Positions 21,905-33,766 of a stretch of 64,000 nucleotides of DNA are shown piece after piece. The position numbers and the translations under genes were made by a program. Source of the DNA: Stylophora pistillata (lineage: Eukaryota); contig NW_019218535.1 in the NCBI RefSeq assembly GCF_002571385.2, positions 6,887 to 70,886 on the forward strand, in the 5' to 3' direction. Below the pieces are notes generated by a model. The model did not search any database, had not been told where the DNA came from, and worked only from the letters and a program-made list of their open reading frames with translations. Numbering within the stretch: position 1 is the first letter of the stretch; the number at the start of each line of letters is the position of its first letter.

Positions 21905-24900
21905 TTATTATTATTATTAGTATAATTATTTTTGTATACATTAGCTGATGATTGGATGCTCTCAATTAATCATTCTATTAATTATTAATTATTAATTATT
22001 GATCATCAAATTATCTTAGCCTAAAAGGCTCTTGAATAGAGAAGTTGTGAAACCTGGATTAGAATTTAACCCTGGGTTAATGCTAGTCTCTCACCTCTGC
22101 TCTGGAAACTGGATGATATCCAACAGAAGTGAATTGTTTTGCTCTTTTTATTCCCTACAGGCACTGGTTTGGTGGTCTGGCCATAGTGAAGAGGCCTGGC
22201 CATGGTCTCCAGTGACAACTGAAAAGGACAGAGCAAACATGGCCATCTTCAGTTTGAATGGGTACGAATTTTGAACACTGCAGCTGTGAACTGAGTGATA
22301 TATACACTATTTAAACTACTTCAGTCTTTATCTCTAATTAAACCATTCTTGATATCTATTGATTATCAAGGCCAAAGATTGAGATGCTGTCCAGTGTTAG
22401 ATCAGACTCGGAACCCTTGCATGCTTCCTTCAGGTAGGTACTGGTAGATAACTTTTCTTTGTCATTATCATTGTTCCTTCCTCTCTGTGTGAAGAACAGG
22501 GTTGCTCCCTATGTAACAAAAAATATGAATGAATAGAGGCTGATAGTTTCAGTAGAAACTGTTTGGGGCTGTGTCGGTAGGAGTAACGAAATAATTTGGA
22601 TATATCAACGAAGTTGAAATGGTAAATTGGCCACCATAACGATTACAAAAGCTGAGGTTTCGAGCACACACAACCCACAATTCCTCTATTTGCTCTGACG
22701 AAGGGCTAACACTCGAAACGTCAGCTTTTGTAATCATTATGGTGGCCAATTTACCATTTCAACTTTGTTGATATAACAAAAAATATGGTTTGCCCGTAAC
22801 ATTGTTTGAATATCAAACTTAAGGAATGGCCATTTTGTACAACAAGTCAGTTGATGTAATATTTGGAGGCAGATGTTAAACAAGACTTGGTTTCTTGGGC
22901 CATGTGATATCTTTGTAACCAAACATGGTGACAGAATTGAGTACAGGATAGACCGAAAGAAACTTACAATTATGCAGACTAAGGGATAACAGGGAAGAGG
23001 AAATGCAACAGTATTACACACCTCAATCCTCCTGCTCAGCTAGACTTCAATACTTAAACCTGGATGACAATTGGAAAAGATGAAAGCAAGAATTATAATT
23101 ATACAATATGAATTATTCTCCCAAGTAGGTGTGGCTGCTTCAGTCTAGCCAATACTTTTCAAGCCCCATGGTTTCTTTGGGCTTCCATGTATTTACAATA
23201 TGNNNNNNNNNNNNNNNNNNNNNNNNNNNNNNNNNNNNNNNNNNNNNNNNNNNNNNNNNNNNNNNNNNNNNNATTATTGTTCAACAAAGAAACTATGCTG
23301 AGGACAAGCTACTGCTGGGGTGTGAGGATGGCACTTTGGTAGGTGAATAGTTATAACTGTGGATGTTATTCAGATTGTACATAGTTGTACAGGAACTGTG
23401 CTTTACAGTAAATGTTATACTTAAACTGTACATCGCCCATTGTCTTAAGAGTTAAAATACATTTCTTACACACAACTGGGAACCATGCCAAGCCCACCAT
23501 GCAGCCCGACCTTTATTATATCAACACGATGAACCATTTGGGTTACAACACTAACAAATAATAATAATGATAATAAACTTTAATAGCTAACACAATTACT
23601 GGTAACCCGTAGTTTACATTGTGGGCTATAAACAAACTGAATTCAAATTGAACATAACATTGTCAAGAATCCCACCTGGCCGGAGGCAAACCAGTTGGCT
23701 ATTTACAAGCATGGCCGAGGATTTGAACCCGGAGCTACAGTGAAACAAATCCCGGTAGTGGCCAGGGCGGGACTTGAAACCGGGAGCAACAGATTGCGAG
23801 TCCGACACGCTGACCACTCAGCCACGCTGCCACTAAGCTGAAACTAAGCCTAGATACAGAGGACTGACATGTACAAAGAACTGGAACTAAGGCACTACTT
23901 GAAATCCTATATCCCTAAAAACATATGGAGGGTGGGTGGGTGGGGAAGGTCAGGCAATGGTGGAAGGCAACAAAACAACTGAACTGAACCTTGAAAGGCC
24001 ATGTGACCTGGAGACCCCCCACAGACTCAAACCCATTCTCCTAGCTGCATGTGAGAAAAGCGTTTTCCGCTTCTTTCGTCCCTCAGCCAGCAGAAAACCA
24101 CACATTACGTGGGTAATAATTTTTCTTCTTGGATTTACTGTATGCTAAGTTTAGAGTCCTTAAAATGTAGAGCAAACAAAAACAACTCACTACCTGTTTA
24201 GCCCATTTAAGAATTTTCCATGCATCTGATTGATGTTTCCCATTAGATGCTGTATGATGATCACAGGCGAGTTACTCAGATGACGAAAGGAAGTTTGGTA
24301 AGAAATGTGCACATCACAGTTTTGTATGTCTGTTTTACAATAATGGAATTCTCGTCATTATTTGGCATGTGATATTATCATTGTGTGTGAACAAAAGGAG
24401 ATTAACTGACTCACTGACTTCCTGACTCCCTGACTGACTAATTGATTGACTGACTGACTGACTGACTGATGGACTGACTGACTGATTGATTGATTGATTG
24501 ACTAACTGATTGACTGACTGACCGACAGACCAACTGACCGACTGGCTGACTGACTGCTGGACTGACTGATTGACTGACTGATTGACTGACTGACTGACTG
24601 ACTGACTGACTGATTGACTGACTGACTGACTGACTGACTGACTGANNNNNNNNNNNNNNNNTGAATAATGAATGCATTGCATTTCTTTAGATTCCTTCAA
24701 TTATTCAATGGCATCCTGGTGATGCTGTGGTGTTGGTGTGTAGTGCTGATGGAGATATCAAGGTAAATGCATCAGTATTCTGTGGAAAAAAATAATCCTC
24801 GGTGTCAAATGCAGTTTTCATGAAAGTTTTCTATGAGGCTTTTAGATCTTGGGTGGTTTAAATGCTACTTTTATCAATCTTATTTTTGAAGCAATGATCC

Positions 24901-27900
24901 ATGAATACATGAATTTCTTTTAGGTATACGACATGGCGTTAGCTCCAGTCCTTATTCAACTTTTGGCAGAAAGTCCCTCTCCACTAAACACATTGAAACT
25001 CCGTGAATACTTTCCGTAAGCAAATTTCTTACATTTAATGATAATTGTAACCCAATAAGAGTTCCTGATATAAATTTTTTTGTACTTAGCTGAGCTAGTC
25101 CCCTAAGGAAATAATACTTTTTTAGAAGTATCTTTTTTGTCAGCAGCAAATTGCATTGTTGGTATAATTTTTCTGTGTTGCCCCTTTCCATCCAGAAGTT
25201 TAAAAAGGGAAAAGCAAAGAGAGACCAAAACCAGACAAAATTCAAAGAGTGGGAGGAGTGTCTGAAAGCAAAAACAATATTTGTGCTCTCTTCTTCTAAC
25301 TGTGGCAGGGATAAAATCTAATTGCCATGGAAGGCAGTCTCTTCCTGTTGTCTTGGAGAGGTGCTCTGTTCTAACTTCTGAAATTTGGTAATTTTTTTTT
25401 AATTTGTCCTGTAGAAACCCAGTGAAAATGAATAAAGTGTCCTGGTCATGTGAAGCTCCTGTTGGTAACCTCTCAGATAACAGTTTATGTTGCCATGACA
25501 ACTTGATAGTCTTGTTTGACAGGTTTGTAGAATTGAATTATACACAATTTATTAGTAAGTAGCGATGGCTGTTTCTCTAGCCATGGATGTTTTGTTGTGC
25601 CTGGAGAGGTGCATTGGCACACCAAAATACTCACAGCTCACAGTCACTATCCTTGTTTCATTGACCCCTTACAACCTTACATCAGTATGCAAATTCTCTA
25701 TACTATTCTCTATACATTTCATAAGGTGCAGACAGAGAGAATTTGTATAACAATCAAGAGCGTCCAGCTGGTGATCATTTCCTGTATTCTCCTGACCTTA
25801 ATGCGTGATTCAGGGGTGATATTGTAAGGAGCAACTAGATGCTGGTTGCTCTAAGGTATCAAAGGGTGAACAGCATGATCACCTTTCCAAATTGGCTGTC
25901 TTCATTCTGAAAATTTTTGACTTTTTTCTGTATATTACAGGGGACCTTTGTGTTTGTTGAGACTTGAATTAGGTGTGTTGACGAATGGACGACTTGGCAC
26001 AGTGGAACTAGTGTCAGAATACATCAAACATGAACAAGCTGAAGAAGTATGTAGCGCAGAAATCAACATTTTATCCTAAGGAGAGAGTAGGGCTAACATC
26101 TGATTTTATGGAAAAGTTTAATGATGATATGTGATACAGATATATTCTTTTTCTTTTGCAGGCAGTGAACTTCCTTAACAGTATGAACTGGAACACCGAA
26201 GGGACTGCTTGTTTTGCATGCATGTCAATTATTATGAATTATCTACTAAAACTTCCACTGAACTGTGAGAGGGAAGGTAATTAGAAAAACCATTGTTGAA
26301 ACTTATGAATCTTAATCTCTTCTTTGGCAATATTAATAACTTTCAAGTTTTATAGTTTGCAGGAGTTTTGTCTAATTATGTTATGTCCAACTTGACCATT
26401 TGATCTTAATTGATATACGCGTTGTGCATTAAATGATTTTTTTACGCGGCAGGTCTTCTAGAAGAGACACTTGGTAGTTTTTATGCACCCAGCCGGCCAC
26501 TGTCAGATGAAACAGTTCTACATCACAGAGATATGATCAGCAAATTGTCCAGAAGATTCTTTCATCACTTGCTTAGGTGTTTATGTTACTATATACCAGC
26601 CAGCCGACATCTCAGTTTTAATCCCCCCTTTAAAGTCTACGATGCATCTCTCATATACTTAGCTTTGAGAATCTGTGTGATCAGAAAAGATCCCCCATTT
26701 GATATTTCCCATTCTTTTGTCACCTTTCTGCCTAAGAATGTTATGATATTCCAAAGATGAATATTGATGACTTCAAGAGTTAAAGCTTAGATACTGATGA
26801 TTATCTACAATTTTGAAGAATTGTAAATTTTAAAAATCTCTGACTGGGTAATATGGAAATTTTGAAGGTTTTAATTGATATGCACATTGTACTTGATTCA
26901 GCAGAATTGGTTCCCATTTTTATTAGCTTCTTTGTAACTGGACCTGGATATAATAAAGTTCACAGCAAATCGTTTCACAATGAACTATTTTTTGCTTTTT
27001 TTACATATTTATGGTAGATTTAGAAGATTTGAAAAGGCATTTCTATTAGCTGTGGACATTGGAGCAAAAGACCTTTTCATGGTGAGCCAATTATTAATCA
27101 AGATTGCTTTGAATAAAAACAGTCTTTTAACTTGTTTCTACAAGTTAACAGTATTTTAACTTGTTTCTAAATTAAACCTAGTAGGGGTCTTATGTCCTAT
27201 TGTTTTAATTTGCTCCAGTATGGCTTATACAAATCCTTAGGTAAATTTCATGTCTTTCTTTTATGTTTTAATTTATTTTTCAACTCTTTGTCAAATTATG
27301 TGTCAACCAGAACATGATGATGATAATGATAAAGGTATATTTGCTTTCTTTGTCAGGACATTCATTATCTAGCAGCTGATCTTGGTAATTTGCCGCTTGC
27401 TGAAGTAGCAAAGCAAAGAGCCATACAAATTGACAATGAATCCTTAACATCAGGTATATTTTGTAATAAAAAATAAATACCATAAATCCTCTATTAAACC
27501 CCCTCCCCTCTGATGAGCCATCCCCCCTCTAATGAGCCATCCCCCCTTTGATGAGCATCCCCACTTTGATAAGCCTCCCCTCTGATAAGCCCCTTCCTTT
27601 GATAAGCCCCCCTCTAATAAGCCATTCCCCTTTGATAAGCCTCCCCTCTGATAAGCCCCTCCCTTTGATAAGCCCCCCTCTAATAAGCCATTCCCCTCTG
27701 ATAAGTCCCCCTTTTGATAAGCCTCCCCTCTGATAAGCCCCTCCCTTTGATAAGCCCCCCCTCTAATAAGCCATTCCCCTTTGATAAGCCTCCCCTCTGA
27801 TAAGCCCCTCCCTTTGATAAGCCCCCCCTCTAATAAGCCATTCCCCTTTGATAAGCCTCCCCTCTGATAAGCCCCTCCCTTTGATAAGCCCCCCTCTAAT

Positions 27901-30156
27901 AAGCCATTCCCCTCTGATAAGTCCCCCTTTTGATAAGCCTCCCCTCTGATAAGCCCCTCCCTTTGATAAGCCCCCCCTCTAATAAGCCATTCCCCTTTGA
28001 TAAGCCTCCCCTCTGATAAGCCCCTCCCTTTGATAAGCCCCCCCTCTAATAAGCCATTCCCCTTTGATAAGCCTCCCCTCTGATAAGCCCCTCCCTTTGA
28101 TAAGCCCCCCCTCTAATAAGCCATTCCCCTTTGATAAGCCTCCCCTCTGATAAGCCCCTCCCTTTGATAAGCCCCCCCTCTAATAAGCCATTCCCCTTTG
28201 ATAAGCCTCCCCTCTGATAAGCCCCTCCCTTTGATAAGCCCCCCCTCTAATAAGCCATTCCCCTTTGATAAGCCTCCCCTCTGATAAGCCCCTCCCTTTG
28301 ATAAGCCCCCCCTCTAATAAGCCATTCCCCTTTGATAAGCCTCCCCTCTGATAAGCCCCTCCCTTTGATAAGCCCCCCCTCTAATAAGCCATTCCCCTTT
28401 GATAAGCCTCCCCTCTGATAAGCCCCTCCCTTTGATAAGCCCCCCCTCTAATAAGCCATTCCCCTTTGATAAGCCTCCCCTCTGATAAGCCCCTCCCTTT
28501 GATAAGCCCCCCCTCTCTTTTATCAATCTTATTTTTGAAGCAATGATCCATGAATACATGAATTTCTTTTAGGTATACGACATGGCGTTAGCTCCAGTCC
28601 TTATTCAACTTTTGGCAGAAAGTCCCTCTCCACTAAACACATTGAAACTCCGTGAATACTTTCCGTAAGCAAATTTCTTACATTTAATGATAATTGTAAC
28701 CCAATAAGAGTTCCTGATATAAATTTTTTTGTACTTAGCTGAGCTAGTCCCCTAAGGAAATAATACTTTTTTAGAAGTATCTTTTTTGTCAGCAGCAAAT
28801 TGCATTGTTGGTATAATTTTTCTGTGTTGCCCCTTTCCATCCAGAAGTTTAAAAAGGGAAAAGCAAAGAGAGACCAAAACCAGACAAAATTCAAAGAGTG
28901 GGAGGAGTGTCTGAAAGCAAAAACAATATTTGTGNNNNNNNNNNNNNNNNNNNNNNNNNNNNNNNNNNNNNNNNNNNNNNNNNNNNNNNNNNNNNNNNNN
29001 NNNNNNNNNNNNNNNNNNNNNNNNNNNNNNNNNNNNNNNNNNNNNNNNNNNNNNNNNNNNNNNNNNNNNNNNNNNNNNNNNNNNNNNNNNNNNNNNNNNN
29101 NNNNNNNNNNNNNNNNNNNNNNNNNNNNNNNNNNNNNNNNNNNNNNNNNNNNNNNNNNNNNNNNNNNNNNNNNNNNNNNNNNNNNNNNNNNNNNNNNNNN
29201 NNNNNNNNNNNNNNNNNNNNNNNNNNNNNNNNNNNNNNNNNNNNNNNNNNNNNNNNNNNNNNNNNNNNNNNNNNNNNNNNNNNNNNNNNNNNNNNNNNNN
29301 NNNNNNNNNNNNNNNNNNNNNNNNNNNNNNNNNNNNNNNNNNNNNNNNNNNNNNNNNNNNNNNNNNNNNNNNNNNNNNNNNNNNNNNNNNNNNNNNNNNN
29401 NNNNNNNNNNNNNNNNNNNNNNNNNNNNNNNNNNNNNNNNNNNNNNNGAACCCTTGACCTCCCGCACAACAGTCCGGCGCTCTATCCATTGAGCTAACCA
29501 GGAGGCAGTTAATAGAATAATAGAACTTTATGCTCTTGTCTTATCATATTTTGCATAGTTTACTTGATTTCTCCATATTTTAATTACTCTCAGTTTTTTA
29601 TTTTATTATAATTTTTATTTCCTTCCCTTTGCATTTTCCCCTAGGTCACCACTATTCAGGGCAAGAAATTGAAGAGGTAACCTTATGATAAACTTGCATA
29701 TACAATCCACATCAATTACTACAAATTGTTCAACAAACAGGAAAGATTAGTAGTCCTGCTACCACTGTGACAGGGGTCGGACAATGAAAAAATTTGGAGT
29801 CCCCATGAGGAATCAAATCTCAGACCTTCAGATTGTGTGCTCTGATGCTTTACCGCCGAGTCACATAATGGGCCTTGCTCACTATAGAGTCTAAGACTCT
29901 ATAGTGAGCAAGGCCCATTGCAAAGTTCATATATGATGGGTCCTGTATATTGCTAGGATCAGCAATGTTAATAGCATCATGTTTTGTAAATAGAATAAGA
30001 AAGATGGTAAAGAAATAGAGAATCTCTATGTTAAATCTACTGTGGATGTTTAATTTATGAATTCAATAATTTTCTCTGCAGCTGGGGCTTGATGATTCTT
30101 CAGAGATGGCAAATCCTGCAGGAACACTGAAAATTGTACATTTTGGGGCAGTTTAG
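14780..30156 (+). CDS. WDPCP: WD repeat-containing and planar cell polarity effector (fritz); in-frame TAG at 21632-21634; exon(s) missing in gaps
   Basis: Exons 14780-14840, 16843-16890, 17640-17761, 18288-18347, 18950-19067, 20542-20669, 21569-21646, 22161-22261, 22371-22433, [gap]-23338, 24247-24297, 24691-24762, 24924-25015, 25415-25522, 25941-26046, 26162-26276, 26453-26576, 27018-27081, 27357-27453, 29645-29676, 30082-30156. Motifs LHLWSL, WTPKNRRPEKLRD, AWPWSP..EKDRAN, EDKLLLGCED, RRFFHHLLR..RFEKAFLLAVD, terminal LKIVHFGAV*. Phases are consistent. Confidence 0.93.
15940..16196 (-). mobile_element. 5'-truncated family A SINE
   Basis: Near-identical to 6100-6340 but lacks the tRNA head. 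Confidence 0.75.
16197..16480. repeat. Local tandem duplication (~160 bp unit, second copy partial)
   Basis: GGTTAATA.TCACTTGTTATTTCCTGTC...GTCCATGTAAG occurs at 16197 and 16357. Confidence 0.85.
18381..18596. repeat. 18 bp minisatellite (CAGGGCACATGAAACCGA) x12
   Basis: Eleven perfect units plus one variant, 33 bp after a WDPCP donor site. Confidence 0.97.
19319..19451. mobile_element. Palindromic MITE core (CTTAT..ACC...GGTTAATAAG); related copy at ~63361-63472
   Basis: Inverted GGGAGAAT.TTGACC / GGTCAATATTCTCCC arms. Confidence 0.5.
19971..20475. mobile_element. piggyBac-like MITE (CCCT...AGGG|TTAA) interrupted by a SINE
   Basis: Termini CCCTCTAACTCC / GTTGAAGGG-TTAA. Uninterrupted relative at 30176-30379. 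Confidence 0.6.
20128..20421 (+). mobile_element. tRNA-derived SINE (family B) with TTATGGA target-site duplication
   Basis: A box TGGTGCAGTGG, B box GGTTCGATTC, AT-rich tail. TTATGGA at 20121 and 20422. Confidence 0.8.
20873..21056. repeat. 8 bp microsatellite (TTTATTCC/TTCATTCC)n
   Basis: Directly visible. Confidence 0.95.
21825..21930. repeat. (ATT)n/(AGT)n compound microsatellite
   Basis: Directly visible. Confidence 0.9.
22535..22775. mobile_element. Penelope-like terminal-repeat element with inverted arms 22601-22664 / 22712-22775
   Basis: The arms are near reverse complements. Related copy at ~35155-35312. Carries a hammerhead motif. Confidence 0.65.
22692..22725 (+). ncRNA. Minimal hammerhead ribozyme motif
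   Basis: GCT-CTGACGA-A-GGGCTAACACTC-GAAAC-GTC-AGC: CUGANGA and GAAA core, GUC cleavage triplet, palindromic ACGT stem III, GCT/AGC stem I. Confidence 0.65.
23600..23832 (-). mobile_element. tRNA-derived SINE (family C)
   Basis: Head GGCAGCGTGGCTGAGTGGTCAGCG...GGTTTCAAGTCCCG followed by a non-tRNA body. Confidence 0.7.
24403..24645. repeat. (GACT/GATT)n tetranucleotide microsatellite running into a gap
   Basis: Directly visible. Confidence 0.95.
27490..28515. repeat. ~1 kb C-rich satellite, ~60 bp higher-order unit of ~20 bp (TGATAAGCC.CCC) monomers
   Basis: Repeats CTAATAAGCCATTCCCCTTTGATAAGCCTCCCCTCTGATAAGCCCCTCCCTTTGATAAGCCCCCCCT. Confidence 0.95.
28517..28934. repeat. Copy of 24868-25285 (includes a WDPCP exon) between the satellite and a gap
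   Basis: No differences seen; offset 3649; ends at the N-run. Confidence 0.9.
29775..30020 (-). mobile_element. tRNA-related interspersed repeat with internal 26 bp inverted duplication
   Basis: Degenerate tRNA-like segment 29800-29865. Perfect palindrome at 29867-29919. Confidence 0.55.
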
Positions 30157-30175
30157 TTCAATTATCATCCTCATA

Positions 30176-30379
30176 CCCTTTAACTCCAAAGATCTAACAG
30201 TTTATTCTCCCCTCTAGCTGTTTTACATTTCCCAGAAAATTAGTAGGAAGAGTTTGGTAATAGATCAAAATAGAAACTTCTACCTGATAACTTTAAATAC
30301 TCTCATTACCTGTTTGCTGGATAATATTTGGATATCATTGGGAGAAGTTACATGTTAATCACTTCTGGTAGTTAGAGGG
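30176..30379. mobile_element. piggyBac-like MITE in the WDPCP 3' UTR
   Basis: CCCTTTAACTCC...GTTAGAGGG-TTAA; same family as 19971-20475. Confidence 0.6.
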
Positions 30380-31529
30380 TTAACTACATTTTTCTTCAAA
30401 ACTCTCAAGTATAAATCTCAGAGATATCACCCTCAAGAGATAAGTATCAGTCAAACAAACTAGAGTATCCATTGCCGTTATTTTCTGGATCTGGATCACA
30501 ATTTATTTGGCAGATATAATTATTTTATTTATCCACCCTTCTTACAGCCATTTTTCCCAATATTTTATATGGAATTTTCCTTCTTTTATACAGCATTTCC
30601 TATAAATTTGATGAATTACCAAGAAAGCTATCTCAAGTTGATGAGCTCATCAATTCTCATCACCTTACAATAGGATAGTGTATTGAAACTTCACAGGAGA
30701 GGTTACATTTGAATCACTTCTGGTGATCAGAATGTTTATTAAATAATCTACAGAGTGTGTTGACTTCAAGTTCACATTCTTTGTTCTTTTGGAAAGTTGC
30801 ATCTCAAATATTAACTTTTGATGTCAATTTATTTATTGTTTATAATTTTGTTCCAAGTTCTTTGCTACAGCAGCAGCGTTCCCACATTCTAATCAAATTA
30901 ATTATATTTATACTGTTTTTACATCAAATCCATTTTTGCAAATTGGTTATCTTGTTAATTGTACAGGTATAAATACACTATACATTTTCAAAACATATTT
31001 TACACAAAATAATATACATTTTGTTAGTAAATTATTTGTATACTAAGTGCATTGTACTTACACGTTAAGTTGTTCTAGTTAAGCAATACTTTGGCTTTGT
31101 GAGTTTGTACAAAAAAAATTCCAGATAAAAAGTTAAATAAAAGTTCAACACATATTCTTTTGAAAAAAATTTGTGATGCATTCTGGTTTTGGAAAACATG
31201 AAGTAATTAAATGTAATTTAGACTACACTTTCAAGCAACTGGGAAAAAGAAAAAATATCTTGTGTTTAGAGATGCTACGACAACTGATTGGTTACTGTCA
31301 AATGTTCTCCTTCCAATCCTAACAGCTTTTAATGGCAATATTGTTTGCATTTCTCCACTCTTCTTCCTATGCTTTGATAGTGAAAATATTAGTTTAGATA
31401 ACTTGTTAGAGGTGAAAACACTTTTGCATAGTTACTTGCGCATAGTTTATTTCAATGGCTTTGTCTGGGTGACACTCGGAGGCTTTTCCTTTCATTAGTA
31501 TAGTGTTTTGTCAAGTACACTGTTTTCAT

Positions 31530-33766
31530 TTAGTTTCCAGTGTGCTGAGGTGATTCTTGTAGCTGCTGTATTCCAAGATCAGTCCATTTCTGTTCTTGCT
31601 CCTTTAGTGAGTCTGTGGCTCCATTGTCTTTTAAAATAAAAGAAAAACACATTACGAGTGATTTGCAGTTTACAAGACAACAGTTAAACAAAACAGTATA
31701 GCGCCGTGGTTACAAGAGACACAGCTGAAATATGCTTGAGGGAGAAGATTGTTTTCATCTCTGTTATTGGGAAGTATAATGTTTGAGATTTCAAACAGCA
31801 TTCTACCCTTTGAGAAAATGTTTTCAAATCAGCTAAAACTTTGACTGGAGATGCCACAAAGTTTAGTCACACTTAGCTACCTGGTTACATAACAGTACTA
31901 GTAATATGAAAAAATCTAACTTCCTTTTTTTTCTCTTTTGGAAATCTTTTTAACAAAAGGGAACTACTCAAAAAGCATTCTTGACTCCACAAATTATTTT
32001 GGAGTGATAAATAGAGCAGTACCTATCTGAGAACTACATGTTGTGGATCTACATTTGCAAAATGATGACATCCTTTATTAAATTATCACAACATTGGAAG
32101 ACAATTTTTGAAAAATTTTCGAATCTGAACCTCTAGAAACAAATTTTTTTCATGAAAATATAGTAGAGCTAAATTATGTGGTTTCTAGACCACATCTCCC
32201 CTTGGACAAAACTCCACAAGCCTTATACTCACGGTCACTGTCGTCTACAGGTGGAAGTTCAAATTCTGGAACAGCAATGTCTTAAATAAAAAGAGAAGTC
32301 AATTGAGTGTTATTTAAGCTCGAAAAAGGGGCTAAGTTATAGTTCAAATTATAATATGAGATATGCCAGTAGCTTATAACCCTATTTTGGGTCATTACCT
32401 TTTGGATACTCTCATTAGGTTGGTACAATGTATGTCATTGAATCAAAATAATATTCCTCATAGGGTGGGGGAAGGGGGAAAGTTGGGTACCTGGGATTTC
32501 CCCATGCAATCACGCTAGTGTAGTATGAGAGAGGCATGGAAACTCAATGATTGGTTATCTGAAGACTGGATCAAAAGGCTCGATTTTGAACTAAAAATGA
32601 GGTCACTATGTTGTGCCCTTGACCAAGACCCTTACTGGTACCTTCATGTTGTTGTATATCAATATATTCATAATACCCCGTGATAACATGACTACTTTTG
32701 GTGCAATTTGTGATTTTTCCAAAAATAACACCCAGGTTTCCCAATGTGGTACTATTTAATCATTTTAATAAACGAGGATCCAATTTTGGCCAACAAAACA
32801 ACAAGACAACTGGGGAACAAGTTTGTAGGAGGTCATTTATCAAACGAACTCTCTGTTGGAGAAATCTTCAATCAATCAATCAATCATATCCTTTATTTAA
32901 ACACAATGAGGTTTAAAGCCGTGTGCTTGTGGGGTCGTGTGAATATGATTACAATAACAATAAGAATAGTGTCCCTTAAAATCACTCTACAAAATATACA
33001 GTAAGAATAATAAAAATTATTTACATTATTTAAATCTTGGTAGTGCCTGGGTAGTGACTGGACTGACTGTGCGCTAAAATCGAGATCCTTAAAATAAGAG
33101 TCCTTCTTCACTTTGCGATAAAAAACTGAAAACTGGTCTGTGAAATGTTTCGAGACAGCGTTCCAGAGTATAGCGCCTCTATAGCTAATGGAGTTTTTTA
33201 GAAATTGCGAGTTAAAACGCGGGACAATTATATTATTACTCCTTCGAAAATTGTATGTGGTGCATGGTTTGTTCAGTATGACAGAGTCGTAGGTGCTTCA
33301 CCTATAAACACGCTATGGAGTAGTTTAATTAAACGAAGTTTATAATACAGGGTTAAAGTATTCCAGTTCGAATGTCGGTAAACTTCCTCAGTAGGCATAT
33401 CTCGGGGCAATTTGTATATAATTCTGGCCGCCCTACGGTGAAGTACTTACGAGTATCTGCGATGAAGAGTGCTGAGGGTATTATAATTCAAGAATTTCAA
33501 CGCTGTGAATGGTGATCTAGAGTTATCTGTGAGAAAATCGACCCGTACGTTAAGGTTGAAGCCGTTCATCTAGCTACATACCGTCACTTGGTAGTTTGTC
33601 CTTATGCCAGTTTTCGTCAATAATTTCCAGCAATCGCCCATCCCGATGTGCATATGACAGCTCACTATCCTAAAAACATGAAAAAACATTAATTGATATC
33701 TCATCATTGAAAAATCTTGCCAAAGGGTTGAATAAAGAGAGAAAACTGGCAAACTACCAACGACAT
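31530..33766 (-). CDS. ANAPC13: Anaphase-promoting complex subunit 13
   Basis: Exons 33766-33758 (MSL, less certain), 33669-33582, 32280-32233, 31627-31530. Protein MSLDSELSYAHRDGRLLEIIDENWHKDKLPSDDIAVPEFELPPVDDSDHNGATDSLKEQEQKWTDLGIQQLQESPQHTGN* matches APC13 motifs (RDGR.L..ID..W..DKLP; KEQE.KWTDL). Absent from the ORF track. Confidence 0.92.
32868..33450 (-). mobile_element. L2/CR1-type LINE 3' fragment in an ANAPC13 intron
   Basis: Decayed ORF2 C-terminus (NSISYRGAILWNA) and a (GATT)n tail at 32868-32885. Confidence 0.6.

Noticed and set aside
23750-23832. tRNA genes here and at ~5165-5240, 6445-6525, 20135-20200, 46720-46797, 62495-62574
   Set aside because: A/B boxes are present but the cloverleaves are degenerate and each continues into a SINE body.
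28517-28934. Duplicated WDPCP exon as alternative or mutually exclusive exon
   Set aside because: No divergence seen even in intronic flanks, out of order, and wedged between a satellite and a gap; most likely mis-assembly.
28601-29497. Long ORFs spanning N-runs (also 46982-47729)
   Set aside because: Artefacts of translating assembly gaps.
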